A stretch of DNA of 64,000 bases, from the NCBI GenBank assembly GCA_013239625.1, contig MU057352.1, forward strand, positions 17,311,447-17,375,446. The letters are read 5' to 3'. This stretch comes from Lama guanicoe (lineage: Eukaryota). Positions 51,490 through 64,000 of the stretch are shown here, in pieces (within the stretch, counting starts at the first letter, position 1; each line of letters opens with the position of its first letter). The notes under the pieces were generated by a model. It made no database searches, was not told where the DNA came from, and saw nothing but the letters and a program-made list of their open reading frames with translations. Position numbers and translations under genes: made by a program.

Positions 51490-53000
51490 TCTGATTTCAG
51501 CTCCAACAAGTAGAGCTTAGAAGTCAGTGTTCTTGCCCTTATAACATGAAGAAGTTGAACAAACTAAAAACCAACCAATTTTCTTGGGCCCACCAAAGAA
51601 CCAGAGTCACATGGCAAACCATCACCTCAAAATCCAGGGAGACGGGAGCATCCAGAGAGATAGAGCTGAGATCCCCTTCCCTGGAGCAGAAGCGGCTGGA
51701 GCCATAAACTGGTAATTCTGACAAACTGTTGGAGGCTGACGGTGGACTGGCATGAAGATGAAGCCTGCTGCGTAATAAAGGCCCACCTTCAGGAGAAAGG
51801 TCTTAAAGAGAGCAAGCCTGAAGCTTTATCCCCGCTGAGAGTAGGGAATTCTTTCCCATTCGAGCCCCCTCCACCCTCTTGTCTCACCTAAGGGAGAAGA
51901 ACACAGTCAACAGGACCAGGCCTTAAGGAAATGGGAATGAGGCAGCAGGGAAAGGAGTAGAAGACAGGGGAGGGCGAGCAATACGACTGCTGGAACGTTT
52001 GTGGTGTTTGCTGCCCGGAGACGCCCACTAAAAGACCGACATCTGGTTGTCAGATTATCGAACGCTCCTCCTCCTCCCCCCACACCTTATCACAACGCCA
52101 ACAGGGCTCCCGTGTAATAGCAGTGGATTCCAGCTGAGAGAGTGACAAGACTCAGGTTCTCTCTGGGGAGGAGAACGTAGGAAAACCCCAAGTCAGGAGG
52201 GAGCACGACAATGACACCTGAGTATCATGCAGCCTCGGCTACCTGTTGTTACAACAAGTATCAAGCGCACCCCGGCTCCTAGCCAGGTTAACGTAAATCC
52301 TCACGCTGAAGGCATATTTACCTCTGCTCCTGTTACCCAGTACAGCATGTCTGGCTTTCAGAACTGAATCATAGGCTATGCCAAAAGGCAATGAAAAAAC
52401 CAATCTGAAGAGATGAGGAGTCACCAGAACCAAAATCAGACACAGATCCTGAATTATCAGATGGAGAATTTTAATAACTAACATGTGAAAAGCTCTAATG
52501 GAAAAAGACAGCATGCAAGAACAGATGGGGAGGTAAGCAGAGAGATGGCTATTCCAAGAAAGAATCAAACAGAAATGGTAAAAATGAAGACCAAAGTAAC
52601 AGAAGTGAAGAATGTGTTTGATGGGCTCTTTAGACTGGTCACGGCTGAGGAAAGGATCAGTGAACTTGAAAGTAGGTCAAATTTTCCAAACTGAAATACA
52701 AAGAGAAAGAAGAATGAACAAAACAGACCAGAATATCCAAAGCTATGAGATCATATCAAAAAGTGTAACGTACCTGCAATTGGAATATCAGAAGGAGAAG
52801 AAAAAAGTGAATGAAGCAGAAGAAAAATTTAAAGTAACAATGCTCAAGAGCTTTCCAGAATGACATCAAATCACAGATCCAAGAAGCTTAGGACACCGAG
52901 CAGGATAAACACACACACAAAAAAAAAAAAAAACCCGTACATGGGCATAATATATTCAAACTGCAGAACACCAAAGACAAAAAGAGAATCTTACAAGAAC
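51490..53000 (+). mobile_element. Old L1 5'UTR and decayed ORF1
   Basis: ORFs at 52485-53051 resemble the L1 ORF1p coiled coil (KNQTEMVKMKTKVTEVKNVFDGL..RLVTAEERISELE; RTPSRIN), with frameshifts. Confidence 0.8.
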
Positions 53001-53115
53001 ATAGAAAATCATAATCTTGAAAATTTTCACGTTTTATCAATGCGGCGCTAACATGTAAGCTATATATGTATATATTACATCTACGTGATGGTGAATTTTA
53101 TATCCTGTGTCTATA

Positions 53116-53448
53116 CAGTCATCCCTCAGAGGTATTGCCTCGGAGTTCAGTTCCAGGCCACAGCAGTAAAGTGGATATCACAATAAAATAATTCACATGA
53201 ATTTTTTGGTTTCCCAGAGTGTATGAATGCTATGTTTATTCTACTGTAGTTTATGGAGGATATAATAATAGCATTATGTCTCAAAAACACTGTACATACC
53301 TTAATATAAAAATAATGAAATCATGCTGCTGGGAAAATGGTGCCGATAGGCGTGGTTGACACAAGGTTGCCACAAACTTTCAACTTGTAAGATCTGTGTT
53401 ATCTGTGAAGTGCAATAAAGCAAAATGCCATAAAACAAGGCATGCCTG
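53116..53448 (-). mobile_element. Second, shorter internally deleted Tigger1
   Basis: ta|cagtcatccctcagaggtattgc...tttttggtttccca...aaggttgccacaaactttcaa...taaaacaaggcatgcctg|ta. Confidence 0.88.
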
Positions 53449-54705
53449 TACATACTGTGAGACTATAAGAGCAGCAACTTGGGAATTTGAAAGAGGGTGT
53501 ATAACTTCCAAAACACTAGAGGGAAAAACAGATTAAAAAATAAAAAATGTATCAGCAAACTTACATTTATACTGAAGAATTTGAGATTATTAAAAAGAAC
53601 AAGATAGATTTATACCCACTGAGATCAAAATCTTATATTGTTTTAGAAAAAGGCATACATATGTAAAAACACAGAAAAAGGCTGAGAAGAATATACTTCT
53701 AGGAAGAGGAAGGGAACTGAAATAGGAAAGGAGAAAAAACATTTTTTTCTTGCCTATATTGTTTACATTTATATATATAAATATACACTACAGAGCTTAT
53801 ATAATTTGGAAAGTAATCTACTCTCTAAGTAGATCCTGTCTTAATATTGAAGAATGGGAGATAGGTCTGAATTTCTCCTTTTTCACTGTAAAGGGAAGGA
53901 CAAAATTAACATGGAGGAATATGTAAAAATACACATTATTTCTCTCCACAAAACCTTCAAATGTCATGTTAGAAGATAGAGCTTCAAAGGGAAATAATTT
54001 GTTCCTGGAACACAATTTTTCATTTAAACACAATCTTCACTTTAAAGAGAAAACAAATAGACACGTTGTGACCCCACTGGCCTTAGGCCCACTCATGCCC
54101 CACAAGTGCCTTATAAAACCATGAAAGGAGCCACATCAAGGCAGATTAGACCACTGAGAACTTCAAGGAAATCACATCAGCCACGCATGGTTTATCTGTG
54201 GACTTTTGTTAGAAAAGCAAGCTGAGTGGCCCAGAGCTAATGGGAACAGTCCTCAAGCTAGAAGTCATCTTTTGAAATGACATGAAGAAGCAGGGATCTT
54301 AAAAAAAAACAAACAAAAAAACACCAAAGTCTGGAAAGATCATCAGTTTCATACACTCGGGGCTTTCTGTCTTTTAGGGAATTCAAAAAGCATCATGCTA
54401 TTCAGTGTTCTTAAAGGCATTATTATTCTCAAAAATTGGACCACCTTTTATTCTCTTCTTTCAGCCCAAGGAAGAATTGTTTAATTAGTTTGTTTTTATT
54501 TTTGCACATTAATGTAGTAAACAATCTATTTTTTAACATTTTAAATATTTCTGGAACTTCACATATTTCATTTATAATTTGAAAGTCAGTGTTGTATAGT
54601 ATGTTAAGAGATTGGGGTGTACAGCCACGCTACCTGGGATAACATACCGGCAGTTGCACTTACTATCCAGATGCCATTCATTGAACATTTACCTCCCTGT
54701 GTCTT

Positions 54706-55106
54706 TTTTTTTTTTAACATTTTTTATTGAGTTATAGTCATTTTACAACGTTGTGTCAAATTCCAGTGTAGAGCACAATTTTTCAGTTATACATAAACAT
54801 ACATATATTCATTGTTACATTTTTATTCACTGTGAGCTACCACAGGATCCTGTATATATTTCCCTGTGCTATACAGTATAATCTTGTTTATCTATTTTGC
54901 ATATACCTGTCAGTATCTACAAATTTTGAAATCCCAGTCTGTCCCTTCCCACCCCCCACCCCCTTGGCAACCACAAGCTTGTATTCTATGTCTAAGAGCC
55001 TATTTCTGTTTTATATGTATGGTTTTTTTTCGATTCCACATATGAGTGATCTCATATGGTATTTTTCTTTTTCTTTCTGGCTTACTTCACTTAGAATGAC
55101 ATTCTC
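54706..55106 (-). mobile_element. Young camelid-type L1 3' end with poly(A) and 17-bp TSD, inserted in a MIR (~54590-55260)
   Basis: T-tract at 54704-54715, ttattgagttatagtcattttacaa...ccctgtgctatacag...; TSD TTAC(C/T)TCCCTGTGTCTT at 54689-54705 and 55107-55123. Confidence 0.92.
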
Positions 55107-55659
55107 TTACTTCCCTGTGTCTTGCTTACCTCAACTTGAGACTAGCAAACTAGTATACATTTCATTTTAGGATTGAATGTAAGGATTGAATGAGATACAA
55201 TAAGCAGATTTATCACCACCCTCCCTGATACAAATTAACACCAACAAAGAGTAGCTGTTAAAATCCTCATGTCAACCCCATGAGGTAAATCCTCATTCTA
55301 TGGACGAGAATGCTGAGACCTTGTGAGGGAAAGTAACTGGCCCAAGATTTTACAAATGGCGGATGGAAATGGTGAACACAGAATGCAAATCCAGTGGAGT
55401 CTGGCTGCAAAACCCCTGCTCTAAGCTTTCATTAAAATAGATAATTTTGTAACTTTTTCATATCACAGTCTTTTGCCTTTACACTTGGATATCAATTCTG
55501 GGAAAGCAGAAGTAACTGTACCTTCTACCTGTACATTTCCCTGTGTGTCCCAGATCAGTGCCCTGGAAATACACGGCAAAAAACTGTGAAAAAGAGGAAA
55601 TTGATTTCTTTATTTCAAAAAGTTTATATTTTTCAAACAAGATAAATGAGAAGAGATAT

Positions 55660-55910
55660 TATTTGACTCTTTTACAAATATCTTAATGTTCGGCTCAGTA
55701 TAAGACCAATCTTACATCTGCTTTTACAGTTTATCTGTTGCAATGTGTTTTGTTTGAAGTATATGAAGAAAATGTGGCCTCACTTTGACATGTAGTTCAA
55801 AATGGGAGGAGTATTTTAATAGCTTTCTAAGATAACTGTCTGTATTCTTTTTTGATTCAATACCAAAAGTTAACAAACAAGTGGCAGTTTTTCAAAGCTT
55901 GGTTGTAATT
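55660..55910. mobile_element. Charlie1-type hAT fragment
   Basis: ttgaagtatatgaagaaaatgtggcctcac...atgtagtt...gggaggagtattttaatagc. Confidence 0.75.
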
Positions 55911-57269
55911 TGTTAAGTCAGGCTGTATCAACACATAAAGCACTTAAGAAATGTCTGCCAAGAACTGTGGCCAGATACTGAGATAAGTTACGTTTATACT
56001 TAATTTTTACAATAATCTCAAGAGGCAGGTGTTAAAATCCCTGTTTTACAGATGTTGCCAGAGGATGAATTTGTCTTTCCTCAGACTGTGCATTCTCCTT
56101 GTGGAATACACACAGTGAATGAGAGCAGGATCTTGAAGCCAAATCAAACTTGGTAGGAAACTTGGTTCTGCGACTTACGAAATGTGTGATTTTGAGTTAT
56201 TAAATTCCCTGAGTTTCATCTGTAAATGCAAACAGTACCTATAACCTATGCCAATGGATAATTGTATTAAATAAGGCAACACATTTAAAGCCCTGTACTA
56301 GAATCACAGTAAGCAGTAAATAAACGTTAGTTATTATAATTAGTATTATTATTATCAGTATTACTATGTTTCGATAGAGTCAGCTGAAGTAAAATGACCT
56401 TTATTAAACATTAGTCTGACTGCCAGTATCTCCTTTAAAATGAGAAATATCCTCTCTAAATGGGAAAGCTTTGGAGGTCAGTTATACAGGTAATGGAAGC
56501 AGTTTAAACAACTTTGCTGAAAAGTGCCTGTCCAAAATGATCATTATTTCAGTAAAACAATTGGTAGGACTATTTTAAATAAAACAGTAAAAAATATTAC
56601 TTCCTGACAAGAGTGTTGCCTGTAAGTTTATAGGAACAGGCAGCCTGTGATGTGCTGATAGAAATCTGACTTCAACGAGCGTTTCCTCTCAAGCTAAAGG
56701 ATCTGGACTCAAAAGGGACTGAAAAGCCAAACCGATTGAGATTTTAATCACCATTCATTGATTGCACTTCGAAAGTTCAAAATCCCTTGCAGAGGAAAAC
56801 TTCACACAGAATATTTTTATTTTAGAAACTATGATAAACTACACTTTATCCAGAATGATCAGGAAATTGAGAGTGCTAGCTATAATCAAATAATATCCGT
56901 CAAGTGTCCTAAATTAATTTACAGCTAGAATATCATGTTAAACATTATACTGTAAATAGTAGACATAGCGTGAAACATTCAGCAGGTGAAAGGTTTTCTT
57001 TGATTACTCTGAAACCGCTTTAGTATCTTAGCGTGTCCTGGTGTTATCTTTATGAACCTTAATTATTGTGAGAATGTGCATTTCAGCGTAAAGTGAGGAA
57101 GATTTTCTCACAAAGAGACCAGTTCCAAGATGGGTTGGGTAATGTTGGAATTTTGTGGATTCCCTCCACAGGGAAATTCAAAGGCTGCAGGATTGCTTAT
57201 CTGGAAGGTTGCAAAATAGATGTTAGCACAGGATGAGGAGTCCCAGAAGTCATGCTTCCCCAAACTGAT

Positions 57270-57619
57270 TATATTCGTTTCCTTGGACTGCCGTGACAAA
57301 GTACCACCCACTAGGTGGCTTCAACGACAGGAATTTATTTTGTCCAGTCCCAGATCAAGATGTCGCCAGAGTTGATTTCTTCTGTCTTTGGCTTGTAGAT
57401 GGCCGTCTTCTCACCATGTCTTCATGTGTGTGTCTGTGTCCTCATCCCCTCCTTTCATAAGGACACCAGTCTTACCGGATCAGGGCCCACCCTAATGATT
57501 TCATTTAACCTTAAATATCTCTTTAAAGACACCATCTCCACATACAGTCACATTCTGAAGTACAGAGTGTGAGGATTTCAACGTATGAATTTGAGGAATA
57601 CATCGTTCAGTCTCTAACA
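57270..57619 (-). mobile_element. MLT1B-type solo LTR
   Basis: aaagtaccac...ggtggctt...ggcttgtagatggccgtcttctc...taaggacaccagtc...ggcccaccctaatga...tcagtctctaaca. Confidence 0.85.
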
Positions 57620-58239
57620 CTGTTTTTGCAGGAGAATTACTTGGGGCTCTGGTTAAAGATTCCGAATTCCTCAGTTCCACTAGTGAAGATTAATTCACCA
57701 AGTCAAAGGAACTGCATTTTTAACACACGTCTAATAGTTAGGACTTGTTTTTTGCAAACGGCGTAAGATGTATCTCAATCTAGCTCAATCAAAACAGAGA
57801 ATTTCTTAGCTTACTGAACTGGGCATTTCAAGAATAAGGTTTCAGGACTTCCTTGATCAAGAGTCTAAATGATGCTATCGTATAAATGGTGCTATACCAG
57901 CCTGACTTCTCTTCCTCCATTTCTCCCATCTGTTTTCTGAGTGTTACCTCCATTTCTCTCAGTCCCCTTGTGGTTGGACGATGTCTCGATCCAGCCCTTA
58001 TATCTTCAGAAGTTCTTATTTAGTAGAGGTGAGGGTAAATCTGGTTAACTTTTTACCTGTAAAGTGGCAAAATGATTGTTAATTTACAAAACTGGATTCC
58101 CAAGAGGCAAAACAGAGAAAGGATAAAAATAGGTGAATTTCTGTGCTTTTGGGTAAAGTTGTCAAGTGACCTAATACAAAAGGTACAAAGTGTACAATTA
58201 TACAAAGCATAATTCAGAAGTTCACTTTAGTGATAGATT

Positions 58240-58480
58240 AATAATACTGATAATGTTGCCTTAGTGCTTCTTATGTGTTAGCCTCTATGCTGAGTGTGTC
58301 CCATGTGTATGTGTATTAGGTGCCATCATGTCACCACTATACAGACAGAGAGACTGAGTTCCAGAGGCTATCATTTGCCCAAGGTGGCAGAGTGACTAAA
58401 GGAGGCAGAGCTGGGATTCACATGTCAGCCCCTTTGATTTTCATGTCCTTGCCTCTAAATGCCACATTTTGCTGCCTCAT
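58240..58480 (-). mobile_element. MIR
   Basis: acagacagagagactgag...ttgcccaaggt...gcagagctgggatt. Confidence 0.75.
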
Positions 58481-58529
58481 TTAAGGGACTAGCTGTTAGA
58501 GTTCATGCTGTCTCTTTTTCCTGAAATAA

Positions 58530-58800
58530 TTAATTTTAATTAATTTTTTTCCTTTCCGTTTTCCTGAGATGTCACTGACAGACAGGTCTATACAGCATAA
58601 TGGCTTGACGTACTTATACTGTGAAATGCTTACCAGTCTAAATTTTATCACCCATCAGCTCATATAGATCCACAAAAAAAAAGTTTTTTTCTCTGGGACA
58701 AGAACTTTTAGGACTGATTCTCTTAGCAACTTTCCAACATACCATCCAGCCATGTGAACTAGAGTCATCACGTTGTACGTTACGTCCCAGAGTTGGCTCT
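58530..58800 (-). mobile_element. L1 3' terminal fragment
   Basis: tacttatactgtgaaatgcttacca...aagaactttta...ctcttagcaactttcaa. Confidence 0.65.
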
Positions 58801-59499
58801 CTTAGCAGAGCTGCTCTCCCTAAAATTTCAAAAGTTTGGATATGACAGCAATGTTGGGGATAAAAGGAAAACATATTCTTTACCATAATTGTCTACATAT
58901 ACTAGAAAAACCACGTGTCTGACTTTTGCTTGCAAAGTTGTCTTCCAGTTTCAATACACGATGGTCATTGTATCTTACAGCACTGGCTGCAGGCATCTTT
59001 ACAAGGTGATGACTTATTAATTCAATTCAATGTAGGCAAGAGGGGACAAAAAAGAGTCCAAAAATGCTCCTTTACTCCCTGCTGCAGCTGCAAGTCCCAC
59101 CTGGTGACTGGGTCACTTGACAACCTCACCAACTTGCAGACTGCGGAGCATGACAAAACCAGCCTCCGGTGTGTCGTCCTTGTTCAGCGAAGTGCCTCTG
59201 TCTCCTTACTGGACGGCAGCAAAGGCTCGGGAGGTCTTCCCCTGGAATTTGGGCAGGATGCCCTCGTCCTGTTGCTGAGAAAATGCATATAAATGCCCGA
59301 GCCAGTTTAGTGGTCTTTACCAAAAATAGCTTGCTTGGCCTTTTGACTCACCCAGGCTGCCGGTAAACTGGGTTTTTTTCCCCCTCTCCACAGATATGCT
59401 AAATCTAGTAACATCGCGTCAGTGCATTCTGAATTGGAGGCAACACTGAATTTGTTCTAGTTTGGGAATCCTTATTATTGGTTCATAGGTTGTATCAGA

Positions 59500-59680
59500 G
59501 AACACTGGGACAGGAAGGGTCTGGCAGATACTCAATATTCAGCCCAGCTTCGTCGATTTACAGATAAGGAAACAGAAGCCCAGAAAGGTTAAGTGACCCA
59601 CACAAGCACACATTGCTGGTAAGTGGCAGACCCAAAATAGCTCTGGGCTGCTGATGCATGAAGCAATCTGTTTTCTGCCA
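59500..59680 (-). mobile_element. MIR
   Basis: tttacagataaggaaacagaagcccagaaaggttaagtgac...gctggtaagtggcaga. Confidence 0.8.
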
Positions 59681-60768
59681 GAGTCTCGGCAGATTTCATG
59701 AGTCAGGTATGTCCCGTTCCCCCGCAGAAGTAGTTTAGGAGAGTGATGGCAAGGTATGAGTCTTGACTGCCTCTGTATCTACAGAATTTTCATCCTTTTT
59801 GCCATGTGCTGCTTTTGCAAGAAGGAATTTGAGAATCAAATGATTCAAAACCCAGGAAAGCAAATGGATATCTTAATGCTCAAACTTGGCCATAGGTGAC
59901 TTTCTTAATAGGGCCTTTGGGAGAAGCTAATTCACATTAGCAAGCTGCTCTGAGATCTTTCACTGCACCTGAGTCATTTCTGTGGCTAATGTGTCCAAGC
60001 CATCATGCCTTCCTTCGTTGGCTTTCTGCTGCTTTGTGCAAGGAGACGGTCTCAGCCCCTCACCCAGCACGTGTGTTTCTCCTCATGCTTTTACAGCTGG
60101 GCAATGGTTTCATTTTCATACAGATCTTTTCTTTTCTCTCTCAGGTCTTTCTATCATCTGCTTGGATTTCAGGATAGATTTTTTGTTGCATTTTGTTTTT
60201 CAACTGAGAAAGATATACATTATTCTATTTTAATTCAATTTTATAGACTTGTCTGTAATGAGAAGATGGAATTTGCAATTAAAAGATGAAATTTAGTTCC
60301 ACTGAAGAAGGCAAGTAAGCCTTTGCTGAGCAGCTATTTAGTATCTTTTTAAATGAATATCCAGAATATATTAAAACCTGGGTAAAGCTATTTCAGTTTA
60401 AAAAAAAAAAAAGAGTTAATCAGGGATGGATCACGCAGCAGCATTTATTGTATGTGCCAGTTTTACAGGTGAGGAAACCGAGCCTCAGAAAATAAGGAAC
60501 TTGGGTAAGTGCAGAGCTAGGAAGTGATAAGAAGGATTTAGACCTACATTTAGATCTGAGGTCACCAGGGGTCATGCTCTTTCCATTTTGCTGGACATTC
60601 ATCAGTTTCTTGACTGTCAAACGTTTGACTTCAGGAATAGGAAAATTAAAATCTGGTACAGAGTATTTTCAAATTCATTATAGCCTTTGCCCTTTCTAAA
60701 GCCTTGAAAGAAAACTAAATGTCACTTTCCCCATTAAAAAAAAAAAGTGAGTTTTTTTTTCTGCATTA

Positions 60769-60930
60769 GCAAGGTGGCGTGAAGTAGAAAGACCCCGAGC
60801 TCACCTCCTATCACAAGCACCCCAAAATCACAACTATCTGTAGAACAGCCATCCCTCAAAAAGATGGAACCTATCAGAAAAGATCTGTTACAACTAAAGA
60901 CATAAAGAAGGAACCACAATGGGACAGAGT
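60769..60930 (+). mobile_element. Isolated L1 5'-terminal fragment
   Basis: caaggtggcg...gtagaaagaccccgagctcacctcct...caccccaaaatcacaacta...aaagacataaagaaggaaccacaa resembles laurasiatherian L1 5' ends. Confidence 0.6.
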
Positions 60931-63489
60931 CTCCCACTACCCCTATACTGAGGTAAAATTAACAAATAAAATTGTACAATGTTAACAAAAAAGTAAAATT
61001 AAAAAAAATTTAAAGCTTTAGAGAAGTTAGTTGATTTACCCAAAGTTGACTGCCCAGAAGTAACTAATGTGAGCCTCAAATCAAGGTCTTGTAAGTCTAA
61101 AGTGAAGTGGATAGTGAAAAGGATTTCTAACGTGGGGTCAAGAGACCCAGGCTCAAGTTCTATTTATTCATTCTATTTATTTGAAGTGTATTCTAGACAG
61201 ATTACTTAAATCTGTAATTCAGTTTCTAGCCATCTGCTAAATGGGAGGGAAGATGACACCCTGTGGCTGGGTTGTTTATTAAATGAGGTAAATCGAAAAT
61301 GTCTTTTAAGACTAAAAAGTAATTTATAAATGCTAAAAGTTAATAACTTTTACATCTTGAGAGTGAGAACTTTGAAATTATTTAAAAAGTTTTCCATTGA
61401 TGATGTGAATGTGAAAACTCTCTTTTGCCGATAAAGATTGTTGACTCTTATCAGTTTGAGCCTCACAACAGGATACTCATGTGAGTATTTCGGCCATCTT
61501 CTCCTCTCATGTGATCACATGTAAGAGAATAAGAAACACTCAGCCTTTTTTGGGTCCAGGACATCTGTATAAACTGTAATTATGGAGATGCATCTTAAGC
61601 AGATTTCTAGATTCTGAAAGTTAATACAGTTCATTTCCTAGTCATTTCTCTTCTGTCCTTTCTAATAATGTAGGGGCTATTTGAAGGAGAAAACCCATGA
61701 TGTGGATGAGTAAATGATGACATTTTATAAAGGAAAAAAGAGGCAGATTCTTAAAGGAGTCTCTGCATATGATATATGAGATTATGTTCGCTTATTGGCA
61801 AAAATCCCATTGAAGAAACCAAAGCAATATCTGTCTAAGAGGAAATTCCTTCTTGAAACTCAAATTATTTATTAAGCATTTACTTTTAGAAAGACACTTG
61901 GTGGGCTGAGGAATACAAACATTCTAATACCTTCCATACAGTTTTTCCTGCATTGAAATTTACAATTACTTTTCTAAAACAAGATGGATGCATTCAAAAC
62001 AAAGAACAAAACCAGAGTACACATCTGATTTTGATTACTCTGCACTGCACTTTTTAATGAAATGCCCCATCGGAACTGGTCTCTCCCCTTTCTGCAGAGT
62101 GACCCCTTTAACCAAAATGAACTATTTATTCTAGTTATTGGGGCAATCGCAGTGATAACAGATCCTCACTAAGTACCAGTAATGTGTGAGGCACTTTAAT
62201 CCTCGTGACGATGCTGTGAATTAGATAGTAGGGTCCCCGTTTTTAGAAGAGAAAACAGATTCAAAGTAGTTATGCTTCAGATGACATAGTGAGGTGATGA
62301 GGACCCAGCCCTGTGTAATTCTGAGCCTACCTTATAAAGAACTCGCTTTGTAGGCTGGCCTTTGTCCCCGCCCTTTCTCCTGCATTGGTCGTGCTTTATA
62401 ACTGGGGAGTGTTTGGGTATCTTCTGCCTCATGGAAACTCTCGGGTGTTAATGGGCCACGTTTCATGGTTCGTAAAGTTATATACAGTAGACTAAAGCAC
62501 ACATGGGTGCAGCTTCTCAGTCGAGGGATGTGAAGGAAACCTTTCAGATGGCAGTGAAAGACAGGTGTTAGTGTTAACGTGTGAGAAACAACCTGCTTCA
62601 TTTCATACAAGAAAATCAGTTCAGGATAAACTCTACTAAGGCAGGAGCCTGGAGGGCTAGTACTGGACTGTTCAGTAGACTGGCAGACAAGAACTGCATT
62701 CCAGGTATGAACTGACCAACTATAAACCAGGTGGCCTTGGATGAGTCAATTAATGTCAGTATTTTCAACTATAAAATAAAAAAAACCATATTCTTCCTGC
62801 CACCTCACAAGGGTGATTTAAAGATAAAATGAGACATCATATATAAAAAGTATTTGTATCTTTATAAAAAAATATGAATTTAGATGGAATGAGTCTGTTT
62901 GTCTTTTACTTATATTCCCCAAAGAGAGTAAACATTTCAGTTATATCTAGTGTGGGTAGACAAACTCCACGTATATATTTAATAAATATCACCTACCCTG
63001 AGGTTCTTTTCAATTGGTTCCATTCTTACATGAAATAGAGGGAATGGATTGCTTTTGGACATGTGCGGTGGAGCCATGGAACCATCACCTTGCCCAAATA
63101 AAGATGAATTATTCAAATACTGTGCTGAGAAAGCTTCATGAATAGAAGTTCTTGAAATGCCAAGTGATTTTTTTATAATCTTGTGCATATGATCTTGGGA
63201 TGAAAATTCAAGAACTTGGATTTGCTTGACTTAATTGTGTTTTTGCAAATAATGGCCCATCTGTAATATAACTAATATTTATTCTTGTGTTCACATTTAT
63301 TGAGTGCTTCCTGCTTGCCTGGCACTACACTAAGTGTTTTGGGTACATTATTATTTAATTTTCATAAGAATTTCAGACGTTAAGTAAGGTTATTGATTGA
63401 GTCATAAATGCATTAAGTAATTTTCCCAAGATTACACAGAAAAATATATACAAGATACATACAAGTCTATCAAAATGGTTGCACTTTTG

Positions 63490-63990
63490 CCATTCATTTA
63501 TTTATTCAGCAAGATTAACTGAAGCACTCGGAATGAGGAAGACTGATGTTTAGATGGCATTTGAAGCCATAGGAATGGTTAAAATCGCCTCAGGATGTGT
63601 ATTGCTAGAGAACAGACAAAGGCTGAGGACAGAGCCCTAAGAATTTCTTACAGTTAGAGGTCTGAAAAAGAAGGAGCCAGCAAAGGAAACTGAGGAAGAA
63701 TGTCCCCCAACAAGGGAGAAAAAAGCTCTACTAAATATGTTCTCAAAACCTAGAAAGTGAAATCAAGAGACTGGAGTGGTCAGATTTGTTGAATCCTACT
63801 GAAATGTTGAGTGAAGTGAGAACAGAACATTTGTGCTTGACTTTGGGAAGACATAAGATGTTGGGGACCCTAATAAAAATAATTTGAGTTAATGATGCTT
63901 CAATTACATCAAGTTAGGAAAGAATAGAATGTGAGGAAGTAGAAGCAAAGAGTACAGACAGTTCTTTAAAGTATTCTTTAAAGCAAAAAA
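63490..63990 (-). mobile_element. L2 fragment
   Basis: cattcatttatttattcagca...catttgaagccatagga...ctgaggacagagccct...gagccagcaaaggaaactgag. Confidence 0.75.
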
Positions 63991-64000
63991 AAAGAGCAGA

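Noticed and set aside
52239-53051. Coiled-coil-like ORFs
   Set aside because: Frameshifted L1 ORF1 remnants, not a host gene.
59103-59117. GTGAC-tgg-GTCAC inverted repeat as an oestrogen response element
   Set aside because: Half-sites are in the wrong order relative to GGTCAnnnTGACC, and a 5-bp arm is expected by chance.
21400-64000. COLEC10 coding exons, RNA genes, processed pseudogenes, CRISPR-like arrays
   Set aside because: No collagen Gly-X-Y or C-type lectin frame, no tRNA/snRNA/rRNA signature and no repeat-spacer array was recognised by eye.

Overview
Mammalian genomic DNA, most likely camelid. This is inferred from a camelid-type L1 3'UTR at 54.7-55.1 kb and the apparent absence of Alu, B1, Bov-tA, PRE-1 and Can-SINE elements. 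The window holds the 5' half of TNFRSF11B (osteoprotegerin, OPG) on the minus strand. Coding exon 1 (20732-20761, MNKWLCCALV) sits in a CpG island with a TATA box. It is followed by a 17.4-kb intron 1, the 370-nt exon 2 (2952-3321; TNFR cysteine-rich domains) and part of intron 2; exons 3-5 lie outside the window to the left. The remaining ~43 kb is upstream non-coding DNA (towards COLEC10 by mammalian synteny) made of MIR, L2, L1, MaLR/ERVL LTRs and Tigger/hAT fossils with unique, enhancer-like islands between them. Five N-gaps all fall inside repeats. Apart from the exon 2 ORF and a few L1/L2 remnants, the ORF track is noise. I see no new protein-coding system. The best leads are: a candidate UG-repeat (TDP-43-type) cryptic poison exon in intron 1; a Gln-to-Glu change at the signal-peptide -1 position; an out-of-frame overlapping uORF; an inverted, tail-less L1 ORF2 insertion; and an AP-1/MEF2 cluster with a strong plus-strand exon at ~59 kb. 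Repeat family names come from recalled consensus sequences, and repeat boundaries are approximate.
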